Assembly: GCA_963825065.1 (NCBI GenBank)
Contig: CAWGRU010000008.1
Span: forward strand, 65,705-129,704
DNA: 64,000 nucleotides
Direction: 5' to 3'
Source: an uncultured Gemmatimonadales bacterium
GTDB lineage: Bacteria; Gemmatimonadota; Gemmatimonadetes; Gemmatimonadales; GWC2-71-9
The notes under the pieces were generated by a model that ran no database searches, was not told the origin of the DNA, and worked only from the letters and a program-made list of their open reading frames with translations. Below are positions 18,248 through 26,893 of this stretch, in pieces (the stretch's first letter is position 1; the number at the start of each line of letters is the position of its first letter). Position numbers and translations under genes: made by a program.

Positions 18248-19072
18248 CTAGTGGCCGAGCGTCTTCAGGCGGTCGCGGGCGAGCGCCGCTTCGTCCGAGC
18301 GTGAATAGTCGCGCACCACGCGCTGGTAATAGCCACGCGCGCCCTCGAGATCCTTCCGCCGTTCCGCCAGCAATCCGAGCTTGTAGAGCGAGCTCGCGGC
18401 GCGGGACGACTGCGGAAAACTCTCCACCACCCTGGTGTAATACAGCGCCGCGGAGTCGGGTGACTCGGCCGCGAACGTCTCGCCAAGAAAGTAGGTCGCA
18501 TCGCCGGCGCGCGCGTGTGTGGGGTAGAGACGCAGCAGTTCCCGAAAACCCATACGCGCCGTGCCGGGGCTGCCCCGGCGCAACTGCTGCAGCGAAGCCG
18601 AATATATCTGCTCGGCGGAAGGCGACCCGGCCGGAGGGGCCGCGGCGCCGCCGGCGGCGGGTGCGGGGCCGCTGTCCGCCGGCGCGGGCGGGGCAGCGTT
18701 CAGCTGTTCGCTGCGCGCCTCGACCTGGGTCTGCAGCTCGGTGAGCCGCTGCTGGCTCTGCCCCGTCAGGGCCTGTACCTGGACGAGCTGCTGCTGGATG
18801 CTGACGAGGTCGTTGGCCACGTCACCCTTGAAGGTGGTGACCTGCCGGCTGAGCTGCCCGACCGTGCGATTCACGGACTGAAGCGAGTCCATGATCCCGC
18901 GCTGGATGGCGAGAATCTCGCCGAGCTGATGGGCACGCGCGGAGTCTGCCCGCTGGTTGTCGGCGCGGCTGAGGACCAGCTGATCCTCCACCCGGCGCAA
19001 GTCGCCCTTGGAGGCACAGCCCCCAAGGGCGACCAGGAGGAGCCAGGGCGCGAACGTGCGGATGCGGGGCAT
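18248..19072 (-). CDS. cpoB: Tol-Pal system protein CpoB/YbgF
   Basis: Lipobox-like 'LLVALGGC', a coiled-coil segment, and a C-terminal TPR domain ('YFLGETF...VVESFPQSSRAASSLYKLGLL'). Lies immediately downstream of pal with an ATGA overlap. Confidence 0.75.
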   Translation of the reverse strand: MPRIRTFAPWLLLVALGGCASKGDLRRVEDQLVLSRADNQRADSARAHQLGEILAIQRGIMDSLQSVNRTVGQLSRQVTTFKGDVANDLVSIQQQLVQVQALTGQSQQRLTELQTQVEARSEQLNAAPPAPADSGPAPAAGGAAAPPAGSPSAEQIYSASLQQLRRGSPGTARMGFRELLRLYPTHARAGDATYFLGETFAAESPDSAALYYTRVVESFPQSSRAASSLYKLGLLAERRKDLEGARGYYQRVVRDYSRSDEAALARDRLKTLGH

Positions 19073-19653
19073 CAGGGCATGCGCAGGTTGGTGGCGCCGG
19101 CCGTCGCATCGAATTCCGCGCGGCGGTTCTGGGACCAGGAGTCCTCGTCGTGACCGAGGGCGAGCGGCTTCTCCTCCCCATAGGAGACCACCGCGATGCG
19201 GGTGCCATCGATCCCCTTGTTGGCCAGGTAGGTCTTCACCGCGGCGGCACGACGGTTGCCCAGGGCCAGGTTGTACTCGTCGGAGCCGCGTTCGTCGGCG
19301 TGCCCGCTGACGGTGATCCGCAGGCCGCCGTTGGTGCCGAGAATCGCCGCCTTGCGATCCAGCGTGGCGCGGTCCTCCGCCAGGATCTCCGACTTGTCGT
19401 AGTCGAAGTGCACCAACACCTTGAGCTCATTGAGCACCGAGGTGGTGACCCGCGCCGCCGCGGCAGCGGGATCCTCCCCGGCGGGAGCGGCCGGGGTCAC
19501 CGGGGCGGGCGCCGGAGCGGGCGCGGCGGGCACGGGTGCAGGCGCCGGGCCGGTGGGCTGCGGGGCCGGCTGTTCGGGGGGCTTCTTGCTGCCGCACGCG
19601 GCGATCACCACGATGGTCGCGACGGCGAAGATGGCTCGGAACGGAGAACGCAT
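19072..19653 (-). CDS. pal: Peptidoglycan-associated lipoprotein Pal (OmpA family)
   Basis: Start at ATG 19653, preceded by GGAGG. Lipobox 'VVIAAC', a Pro/Ala linker, and the OmpA-like motif 'GHADERGSDEYNLALGNRRAAAVKTYL'. Confidence 0.85.
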   Translation of the reverse strand: MRSPFRAIFAVATIVVIAACGSKKPPEQPAPQPTGPAPAPVPAAPAPAPAPVTPAAPAGEDPAAAAARVTTSVLNELKVLVHFDYDKSEILAEDRATLDRKAAILGTNGGLRITVSGHADERGSDEYNLALGNRRAAAVKTYLANKGIDGTRIAVVSYGEEKPLALGHDEDSWSQNRRAEFDATAGATNLRMP

Positions 19654-19670
19654 TGGACCTCCGGAAGACG

Positions 19671-20996
19671 TCAGTGGGTGACAGGGGCGGGACCCGCGAA
19701 GCGACGGGACCACGCCGGGAGACGGACCTGGCCGACGAAGGTGAGCTGCCGAATGCGCCCGGTGAGAGTGTCGATCACCCAGAGCTGCCGTCGGCCGCTT
19801 CGATCCGAGACGAAGGCGATGTGCCTGCCGTCCGGCGCCCACGTCGGGTCCTCATTGCGCCCGGACGATGTCAGCTGACGAACCTTTCGGCTCGCGACAT
19901 CGACGATGAAGACTTGCGGCGAGCGATTCACCTCGCGGTGGAACACCACACTGGCGCCGTCAGGCGACCACTCGGGCGCATTGGAACTGCCCGTGGCACC
20001 GAAGTCGAACGGCGCGAGCAACTCCTGATCGGTACCGTCGGCCGCCATGACGTAGATCTGCGGCAGACCGGCGCGGGTTGAAACGAACGCCAACCTGCGC
20101 CCATCGGGCGCGAAGGTCGGGGAAAGATTATCGGCATACCGACCAACGGTCAACCGCTGCACGCAACAATTCTGCGTCACATCCGCGGTGAAAATGTCGG
20201 TCCCCGTCTCGTCGGAACGCGCAAACACCAGTAAGCGTCCATCGGGCGAGAAGGCTGGGGTGATGTTGAGCCCGCTGGTGGTCCCGGTCACAGTGACGCG
20301 CTGCCCCGTCGCCACCGCCTGGAGCACCAGGCTGCCAGTGCCCGCGCCGAAGTGCGTGAAGGCGAACCGGCTGCCGTCGGGACTCCAGACCGGCGACAGG
20401 ACGTCCTCCCCGGGGGCGGACAGCTGCACGACCCCCGCGCCGTCGCTGTCGACGCGCTGGAGCCTTCGATCCACCAGAAACAGGAGCTGGGAGGCGGCAT
20501 AACCGGGCGTGCCGGTGATCCACCGCACAAGTTCGTCCGCCACCTGGTGTGCCGAGAGGCGAAACGCCACGTCGAAACCCGGAGGGAGCGTGAAGCGCTG
20601 TTCCCGGCGCAGGATGCCCTGGACGATGTCATGGAGTCTCACCGTCGCTCCTGGACCATCCGGAACCACTTCCACTGCGTACTCCGCCCCGATGGTGCGG
20701 AAGAGGGCGTAGTTCACGGTGCGGCCACCGGCATTGGTCGCAAAGGCGCCGCTGTCCTGCGGTGTAAGCGCGATGACATCGAATCGGTCGCTGTAGTCGA
20801 GGTCGCGCGCGACGATCGCCCGCAGCGAGTCGAGCCCCCGTCCGGGCAGCACCACGATGGCCGGCCGCACCCCGGGCCGGTATTCGATGCCGACGCGAAC
20901 CCCGTCGGGGGGACGGATGCTGTCCTGGGCGGCAATGACCCGAGGAAGGACGGCACAAGCAGCCAGAAACAGGCAGAAACGGCGCAGAGCGATCAT
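19671..20996 (-). CDS. tolB: Tol-Pal system beta-propeller protein TolB
   Basis: Signal peptide followed by repeated 'SPDG..(L/I)AF' propeller blades ('PVWSPDGSRFAF', 'PAFSPDGRLLVF', 'PTFAPDGRRLAFVS', 'PEWSPDGASVVF', 'PTWAPDGRHIAFVSDRSG'). Confidence 0.85.
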   Translation of the reverse strand: MIALRRFCLFLAACAVLPRVIAAQDSIRPPDGVRVGIEYRPGVRPAIVVLPGRGLDSLRAIVARDLDYSDRFDVIALTPQDSGAFATNAGGRTVNYALFRTIGAEYAVEVVPDGPGATVRLHDIVQGILRREQRFTLPPGFDVAFRLSAHQVADELVRWITGTPGYAASQLLFLVDRRLQRVDSDGAGVVQLSAPGEDVLSPVWSPDGSRFAFTHFGAGTGSLVLQAVATGQRVTVTGTTSGLNITPAFSPDGRLLVFARSDETGTDIFTADVTQNCCVQRLTVGRYADNLSPTFAPDGRRLAFVSTRAGLPQIYVMAADGTDQELLAPFDFGATGSSNAPEWSPDGASVVFHREVNRSPQVFIVDVASRKVRQLTSSGRNEDPTWAPDGRHIAFVSDRSGRRQLWVIDTLTGRIRQLTFVGQVRLPAWSRRFAGPAPVTH

Positions 20997-21688
20997 TGCG
21001 TCCGGGGCGTGAAGTAGAAGGAAACCGGCAGCACGTCGGCAGGGTACCCGTCCGGCAGCTGGCCGAAGGCGTGGGAGGTCCCCGCCGCCTCCACCGCACC
21101 CTGGGCCGAGAGGTCGAACGAGAAGCTGCCCGAGGGGCGCGTCAACTTGATCTCCCGCACGGTCCCATCACGCATGATAAGGAAGCTGACCTCCGCACGC
21201 AGTGCGGCGTTGCCTAGCGGGCGCTGCCAGCGGCGGTAGACCTCCTGCACGATGTTACGCAGATAGTCCGGGAAGGGAAACTGCAGCCCGGGCGTACTGA
21301 CCGTCACCGCGTCGTTGCCGGTACTCGGCGTCTCACCGGGGAGCGGCTGCGTGCGCGACGTGGCGGGTGGGTTGGGTTCGGTGCGCGCGGGCGGCTTGGG
21401 CGCGACGGGCTTCGGCTTCTCGGGCGCGGGCTTCGGTGGCTTGGGCGCGGGTTTGCTCGGGGCCGGCTCATCGGCCGGCGGACGAGGGGTCGCTTCCGGA
21501 GCGGGCTTCGCCTGGGGCGGCGGTGCCGGCGCCGCGACCAGTTCCACCGCATACACCGGCGGCCCGAGGTCGACCGGCTTGACCGTCGTCCAGAGCAGCC
21601 CGATCGCCAGCGCATGCACCACGACCGTTCCCGTGAGCCCTGCGGCGACGCCGGTTCTTTCGCCGCGGGCCCCCCGCCGCGCCGTCAC
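20993..21688 (-). CDS. TolA/TonB-family energy-transducer protein
   Basis: N-terminal TM 'GTVVVHALAIGLLW', a Pro/Lys/Ala-rich spacer, and a TonB_C-like C-terminus. Its position between tolR and tolB suggests a TolA role. GTGA overlap with tolR and ATGA overlap with tolB. Confidence 0.7.
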   Translation of the reverse strand: MTARRGARGERTGVAAGLTGTVVVHALAIGLLWTTVKPVDLGPPVYAVELVAAPAPPPQAKPAPEATPRPPADEPAPSKPAPKPPKPAPEKPKPVAPKPPARTEPNPPATSRTQPLPGETPSTGNDAVTVSTPGLQFPFPDYLRNIVQEVYRRWQRPLGNAALRAEVSFLIMRDGTVREIKLTRPSGSFSFDLSAQGAVEAAGTSHAFGQLPDGYPADVLPVSFYFTPRTQ

Positions 21689-22119
21689 GGCCGATCTTCC
21701 TCCTCGGCGACGAGCCCCACATCGGAGATCCCGGAAGCACGAATCGTGGCGAGCACCCGCACGACTTCGCCGTAGGGTACCCGGCGGTCCGCGCGGAGGT
21801 AGACCGACTTGGGCTTGCGGCTCTTCACCAGCGCGCCGAAGGTCATCTGGAAGTCGGCGTAGGAAACCATCGTTTCGTCGATGAAGATCCGGCCCTGCTT
21901 ATCCACGCTCACCACCATACCCTCCTTGGCGGTGATGGGCCGGGCCTCGGCCCGCGGTAGCTGCACATCCACTCCGCCCTGCATGATCGGGGCGGTGATC
22001 ATGAAGATGATGAGCAACACGAACGCCACGTCCACCAGGGAGGTGACGTTGATGTCTGCGGTCAGCGGCAGTTCGCCATGCCCCCGCAGACCGCCGCCGC
22101 GGCCGACGCCCCAGCTCAT
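21685..22119 (-). CDS. tolR: TolR/ExbD biopolymer transport protein
   Basis: 144 aa. 'INVTSLVDVAFVLLIIFMITAP' is the ExbD/TolR signature TM helix. Confidence 0.85.
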   Translation of the reverse strand: MSWGVGRGGGLRGHGELPLTADINVTSLVDVAFVLLIIFMITAPIMQGGVDVQLPRAEARPITAKEGMVVSVDKQGRIFIDETMVSYADFQMTFGALVKSRKPKSVYLRADRRVPYGEVVRVLATIRASGISDVGLVAEEEDRP

Positions 22120-22120
22120 G

Positions 22121-22789
22121 TCAGAGCAGCCCTTCCCGAGCCATCGTGCCGATCATCTCGTTGGCAAATCCTTCGAGCTCACCCGCAAAGAGACCCAGAC
22201 GATTGACGAAGAGGTTGTAGGCGATGACCGCCGGTATCGCGGTCGCCAGACCAGCGACCGTGGTGACCAGGGCCTCGGCGACGCCCGGCGCGACCGCCCC
22301 GATATTTCCGGATCCCTTGGCCGCGATCCCGATGAAGGCGTCCATCACGCCCAGCACCGTACCCAGCAGGCCGAGCAGTGGCCCGACCGAACCAATGGTA
22401 GCCAGCCAGGAGACGAATCTCGCCATGAGGTCGCGCTCGGCGCCGACTTCCTTGCCGAGGACGCTCTTGAGCGCCTCGAGCTGGGTCATCGTCAGGATGC
22501 TCTGCGCGGGTGCCTGTCCTTCATTCTTCAGCACGCCGGGGCGGAGGTCGGTCAGGAAGTTGAGGCCCTCCCGGAAGATCCGCTGATAGGGGGACGGCGG
22601 CAGCTTCATGACCGCGTGGTAGGCGTCTTTCAGCCGGGTGGTGCGTTCCAGGACGGCGAAGAACCGCTCGGCCTGGCCGCGCACTCGACGGAACTGCCAC
22701 CACTTGACGCCGATGACGAACCAGGAGATGAGAGAAAAGACCAGCGTGATCGCCAGCACCACCTTGGTCTCGGGACTCGAATTCACCAC
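22121..22789 (-). CDS. tolQ: TolQ/ExbB (MotA family) proton channel protein
   Basis: 222 aa with three TM helices. 'IGSVGPLLGLLGTVLGVMDAF' is the MotA/TolQ/ExbB motif. Confidence 0.85.
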   Translation of the reverse strand: MVNSSPETKVVLAITLVFSLISWFVIGVKWWQFRRVRGQAERFFAVLERTTRLKDAYHAVMKLPPSPYQRIFREGLNFLTDLRPGVLKNEGQAPAQSILTMTQLEALKSVLGKEVGAERDLMARFVSWLATIGSVGPLLGLLGTVLGVMDAFIGIAAKGSGNIGAVAPGVAEALVTTVAGLATAIPAVIAYNLFVNRLGLFAGELEGFANEMIGTMAREGLL

Positions 22790-22872
22790 GAGATCCCAGG
22801 AGGAGGAGGGGCAGCGATGACCCGGCCTGCAGCATCAGAAGTCTCACCAGGATTGGTCCTCAGACAGGAATC

Positions 22873-22923
22873 GGGCCCTCAACGGAGCTCCGGCGAGTGC
22901 GCCGGCGGCACCGCTGAGGGCCC
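22873..22923 (-). terminator. Nested GC-rich hairpin downstream of the LysM gene (possible terminator)
   Basis: Outer stem GGGCCCTCA/TGAGGGCCC (9 bp) encloses an inner CCGGCG-agtg-CGCCGG hairpin. There is no clear U-tract. Confidence 0.35.
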
Positions 22924-22962
22924 GGGGGAGACGCAGGGGGCGTGGCCGAAGCGCACGCCGAA

Positions 22963-24192
22963 TCACGAAGGGAGCTTGGCGATCTGCCGGGCCTCGGTCC
23001 CGACCGGGATATCCGGCTGCACCACCTTGGCCACGCGCGCGGTCGAGGTGCGCTCGCCGACGTGCACGATCTGCACCGTCGCCATCACCTCGCTCACGAC
23101 CGTGGCACCGCCGACCCGCGCCCGCGGCTTCTGCCGGAGCTCGAACAGGTCTCCGAGCGCCACCCCATCCTTGCGGCCGCGATCAAGGAAGAGCACATCC
23201 TGCTGGCCGCTGAGCGGAGAAAGGTCGCGCTGCCCGATGACCTTGCCGTTTACACCGTCGGAAATCGGGACCGGACGGACGTTGCCGGGATCACGGAACT
23301 TCTCTGCAGGCAGGACACTCTGGTGGTCACGCACCGCGCCGTAGGCCGCGATTACCTCCGCGAGGTTTTCGGGCCGGCTCACGTCGACGACGCGGAGCAG
23401 TCCGGTCGGGACGAGGACCGATCCATACCCTTCGATTTCGCGCATGATCTCGACGACGAGGAGGGTGTCTCCGACCTGATACCGTGCTCCCGCCGGCGGG
23501 GTTACCGACACCTTGCTGTACATCTGGGCGGTCGTACGGGTCGAGACTTCCTCGATATTGAGCGGGGTGACCAGCCCGAGAACCATGCCGAAGGGCAGTT
23601 TCTGCTCCTCGGTAACGAATCCCGAACTGAAGAATTCGGTGCGACGCACGGGGCGGTAGGCCCGCTGCAGGCCCAGCTCGATACCCGGACCGCTGTTCGC
23701 CATCCGGCGCCGGTCTCCCACCAGCGGAGTCAGATCCACGCTGTCGCGCGAATCGGCCACTGATTCATCGGTGAGATCGGCCACCTGCGGTTCGTTGAGA
23801 CCCGCCTCGGCCGGCGGCTCTTCGGCAGCGGCGGGGGGTTCGTTCGCCTGCGCTTCCCCGAGGGCTGCCGCCGAGTCCGGCGTTGCCTCGACGTTGGGCG
23901 TCGGCGGTACCGGGGTCTCGGTCGTCGGAACGGCGGAGACGTCCGCGCCTCCGGCCAGCCGGAGGACCTCGCCGGGATAGATCCAGTGTGGATCCTCGAC
24001 GACCGTCGTGTTGAGCCGGTAGATCTCCGGCCAGAGGAAGGGATCGCCAAGATAGGTACGGGCGAGGTCCCACAGGGTATCCCCAGGACGGACGGTGTGG
24101 GACTCCGGCCGGGCGTTCTGTGCCGAGAGGCCCGCCGGGACGCTGAGCGCCACCAGCACGACCGCCATGCGGATGCGAGCCGAACAGGTCAT
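22963..24192 (-). CDS. LysM domain-containing secreted protein
   Basis: Signal peptide 'MAVVLVALSVPAGLSAQ' followed by a LysM motif 'HTVRPGDTLWDLARTYLGDPFLWPEIYRLN'. The rest is unassigned. Start could be 24192 or 24168. Confidence 0.7.
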   Translation of the reverse strand: MTCSARIRMAVVLVALSVPAGLSAQNARPESHTVRPGDTLWDLARTYLGDPFLWPEIYRLNTTVVEDPHWIYPGEVLRLAGGADVSAVPTTETPVPPTPNVEATPDSAAALGEAQANEPPAAAEEPPAEAGLNEPQVADLTDESVADSRDSVDLTPLVGDRRRMANSGPGIELGLQRAYRPVRRTEFFSSGFVTEEQKLPFGMVLGLVTPLNIEEVSTRTTAQMYSKVSVTPPAGARYQVGDTLLVVEIMREIEGYGSVLVPTGLLRVVDVSRPENLAEVIAAYGAVRDHQSVLPAEKFRDPGNVRPVPISDGVNGKVIGQRDLSPLSGQQDVLFLDRGRKDGVALGDLFELRQKPRARVGGATVVSEVMATVQIVHVGERTSTARVAKVVQPDIPVGTEARQIAKLPS

Positions 24193-24357
24193 CACGCTAC
24201 CCTCTGAGAGTCGGAATCGTGGTAACCCAATATATGACAGGGGGCTCCGACGCGCCACTCACAGACTACGTGAGCCTTGAGAAGCTAACCCCATGCCCGG
24301 CCAAGTGTTGAAGCAAGTGACCCCGCTCACACCCCCTGGCGACTCCCTGCCGGGGCG

Positions 24358-25047
24358 TTAGCGGATGCGAAAGACAATCGATTGGCGGACCAGCACCGCA
24401 GCCCTTCGACCGGCCGACCACCCGGCCTGGAAGCGACCCGCCCTGAGTGCGGACGTCGCGGACTCGACGAACGCTGGAAGCGCCGCACCGAGCACTCGAA
24501 TCGTGTTGCCCGCTACCATCCCGCTCGTATCGACCACGAATTCGAGCAGCACCCGCCCCTCCACGCCTGCTTCACGCAGGCTCCTCGGATAAACGGGGGA
24601 CAGCGCGCCGATCAGTCGTGGCATCGTATCGGCTAAACCGGAGAACGTGGTCGCGACCGACTCGACTTGTGAGGCGATCGCGCCCTCGGTCGCCTCGAGC
24701 CCGCGTGGCAGCAGGCCGAGGGGCGGGGGAAGGCCGGGAACGGGCGGCAACTCGACATCGACGGTGGCCGGCGGCGGACCACCATCGAAGCTGAAGCGCG
24801 TCGGCGGAGCTCGCGGCGGGATCGGGGTCGCTTCGCCGAGGGCGGTGACAGTTTCGTGATGCCCTTCCCCCGGCCACTCGGTGGGCAGGACGACCACGGG
24901 ACTAACGAGCGGTTGGATGCCCGGGACTGCGCCGTGGGTGGCGCCTATGGCCCCGAGCAGCATACCGGCATGAACCGCCAACGCGATCGCCGAATGGCCA
25001 GCCGAACGGGCGGGCCGGGCACCAGACTCCAGCAGGGTCTCGAAGAT
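24358..25047 (-). CDS. TonB-family protein (C-terminal TonB_C domain); start codon unresolved
   Basis: The C-terminus 'PVYPRSLREAGVEGRVLLEFVVDTSGMV' is TonB_C-like, and there is a TM helix 'HSAIALAVHAGMLLGAIGA'. The ORF is open to 25401, but that stretch overlaps the upstream gene. There is no ATG, GTG or TTG upstream of the TM helix. The 25047 end is the ATC codon of 'IFETLLES'; TTG 24981 and ATG 24963 fall inside the helix. Confidence 0.55.
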   Translation of the reverse strand: MFETLLESGARPARSAGHSAIALAVHAGMLLGAIGATHGAVPGIQPLVSPVVVLPTEWPGEGHHETVTALGEATPIPPRAPPTRFSFDGGPPPATVDVELPPVPGLPPPLGLLPRGLEATEGAIASQVESVATTFSGLADTMPRLIGALSPVYPRSLREAGVEGRVLLEFVVDTSGMVAGNTIRVLGAALPAFVESATSALRAGRFQAGWSAGRRAAVLVRQSIVFRIR

Positions 25048-25147
25048 GGGAGGGATCCGGGTGAGGGACCCTTCCAGAGTGGCAGGCGGGCATGACAGCC
25101 GGCTGCCCGCCTCGATGACAGTTCGGTGACGCCCCGGTGAGCGAGGC

Positions 25148-25696
25148 CTACAACTGACCGTCGATGCCGAGCTGGTGGTAGTAGTGCACGATCTCGTCCT
25201 GGTGCTCGAGCAACCAGTCGATGGAAGGTTCCTGCCGCATGGCCTTCCGGACCGCCTTCGCCGTGGCCTCGCGGTGAGTCTGGAAAAGGATGGCGTGATC
25301 GAAGTCGGCCGCTTCGAGCACCGCCGGATCCAGCCAGACCGAGACGATGATTCCGAGCTCGTTGACCCGCGCCCTGGGAATGTCCCCCGCGCGCACGGCA
25401 TCGAGGACGCCGTTGGCGATCGCCGCCTGGACGGTCCCCATCAGGATGTTGGTGTAGCGCCCGTCGTCCACCGTCACCTTGCTGACCATCAGGGTGGCGG
25501 GCTTCACCTGAATGTCACTGTTGAGAATCGCGAAGACACGCGAGTGACCCTTCACCTGGTCGCCGAGCAGGGTCGCCAGCGCCTGGCCCACTGGCCCGTC
25601 CAGCTCCCCGATCACCACCTCCGGCTCGGCTGCCGACCACGCCGGCTCCGCTTCGACGAGTGCCTCGCCGCTGCGCAACACGATCCGCTCGCTCAT
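25148..25696 (-). CDS. Formaldehyde-activating enzyme (Fae) family protein
   Basis: 182 aa. The pattern 'GEALV...VIGE..GP...KGHSRVFAIL...VKPATLMVSKVTVDD...GTVQAAIANGVLDAVRAGDIP...LGIIVSVWL' parallels Methylorubrum Fae as I recall it. Needs HMM confirmation. Confidence 0.55.
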   Translation of the reverse strand: MSERIVLRSGEALVEAEPAWSAAEPEVVIGELDGPVGQALATLLGDQVKGHSRVFAILNSDIQVKPATLMVSKVTVDDGRYTNILMGTVQAAIANGVLDAVRAGDIPRARVNELGIIVSVWLDPAVLEAADFDHAILFQTHREATAKAVRKAMRQEPSIDWLLEHQDEIVHYYHQLGIDGQL

Positions 25697-25744
25697 TGGC
25701 GGTTCCTTCAGGGACGGTGGTGGTCCGAACGGGGCCTCCAGCGC

Positions 25745-25780
25745 TCAGCCGTCAGTCATCAGCGCTCTGCTGACGGCTGA
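25745..25780 (-). terminator. Hairpin downstream of ssb (possible terminator)
   Basis: TCAGCCGTCAG and CTGACGGCTGA form a perfect 11-bp stem with a 14-nt loop. No U-tract. Confidence 0.4.
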
Positions 25781-25817
25781 CGGCTGCGGCCGGCCAGTTG
25801 AATTCGATGCTGCGATA

Positions 25818-26327
25818 TCAGAACGGCAGGTCGTCATCCTCGCCGTCGAGGGCCTCGGGGAAGTCGCCGAACGACTCCTCCTTGCCCTCCTTCTTGGCAG
25901 GTGCCGCCGTCGCACCGGCAGCCGCCCCGGCCCCGGCCCGTGCCGGAGAGTAGCCACCCTCGCCACCGCCGCCCTTGCCCGAGAGCATGATGATCTCGCT
26001 CGCGATGATCTCGGTGGTGTACCGGGTCTGGCCCTCCTTGTCCTGCCAGGACCGGTACTCGAGCCGGCCCTCGACGTAGAGCTTGTCGCCCTTCTTGACG
26101 AACTTCTCCACCACGTCGGCGAGGCCGGTGCCCGCTCCCTTGGTGTTGTTCCACGCGACGATGCGGTGCCACTCGGTCTTTTCCTGCTTGTCGCCGCCCT
26201 GCCCCGACCACTGCCGGCTGGTGGCCAGGCTGAAATTGGCGACACGCCCACCATTGGCGATGCTGCGGACTTCCGGATCCTGACCGAGGTTTCCGATCAG
26301 GATGACTTTGTTCAGGCTGCGACTCAC
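25818..26327 (-). CDS. ssb: Single-stranded DNA-binding protein
   Basis: GTG 26327 is preceded by GGGAGG. OB-fold N-terminus 'LNKVILIGNLGQDPEVR', a Gly-rich tail and the acidic tip 'DDDLPF'. Confidence 0.9.
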   Translation of the reverse strand: MSRSLNKVILIGNLGQDPEVRSIANGGRVANFSLATSRQWSGQGGDKQEKTEWHRIVAWNNTKGAGTGLADVVEKFVKKGDKLYVEGRLEYRSWQDKEGQTRYTTEIIASEIIMLSGKGGGGEGGYSPARAGAGAAAGATAAPAKKEGKEESFGDFPEALDGEDDDLPF

Positions 26328-26434
26328 GGGAACCTCCCCAGCTGTTGGGAGCAGAATGATTGGCGGACACATCCCCACAGTAACCACCGGGGGTGGCAGC
26401 CGGTTAGCCGAAATCTAGCGCCATCGTACCGCGA

Positions 26435-26893
26435 TCACGCACCGGCGGGCAGCGCGAGGCGGAGGACAATCGCATCCTCGACGGGATTCCGATAGTAGCG
26501 GGCCCGCCTCCCGATCGGCCGGAAACCCCGGCGCTGGTAGAGTGCCTGGGCCGATGCGTTCCCCTCGCGCACTTCCAGAAACACCTCCCGGGCCCCCGCT
26601 TCGATGAGTGCGCCGAGTCCCGACTCGAGCAGCATCGCCCCGAGCCCCTGGCGCCGGGCCTCCGGCGCGACGGCGAGATTCAGAATTTCGCCCTCGCCGG
26701 CCACCGCCCGGGCAACCAGGTACCCCTCGACCTCGCCGAGTCGCTCCGCCACCAGCGCCCGGCCGAATGGCGAGCGGAGCAGTTCCTCGAACGCCTCCGC
26801 ACTCCAGGGATCGCTGAAGCAGCGGCGCTCCAGCGGCACCAGGCGCCGGCTGTCAGCCGTGCGAGCTGGCCGAATCTGCCAGGGGGCGTCCAT
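26435..26893 (-). CDS. rimI: Ribosomal-protein-alanine N-acetyltransferase (GNAT)
   Basis: GNAT motif A 'LAVAPEARRQGLGAMLL'. Conserved tsaE-tsaB-rimI context. Start at ATG 26893. Confidence 0.8.
   Translation of the reverse strand: MDAPWQIRPARTADSRRLVPLERRCFSDPWSAEAFEELLRSPFGRALVAERLGEVEGYLVARAVAGEGEILNLAVAPEARRQGLGAMLLESGLGALIEAGAREVFLEVREGNASAQALYQRRGFRPIGRRARYYRNPVEDAIVLRLALPAGA

Noticed and set aside
19654-19842. N-terminal extensions of track ORFs. Examples: pal to 19842, rpoA to 53516, pepP to 3190, uvrB to 30087, ssb to 26387, and the rmd-like gene to 51318.
   Set aside because: The extensions overlap upstream genes out of frame and lack protein-like composition. Internal starts coincide with conserved N-termini, lipoboxes, Shine-Dalgarno sequences or ATGA/GTGA coupling.
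24902-25093. ATG-initiated 63-aa ORF as an alternative N-terminus for the TonB-like gene.
   Set aside because: It is in a different frame from the TonB_C domain, and its sequence (Arg/Pro/Gly/His-rich) has no TM helix. It is noted only as a hint that an indel might exist.
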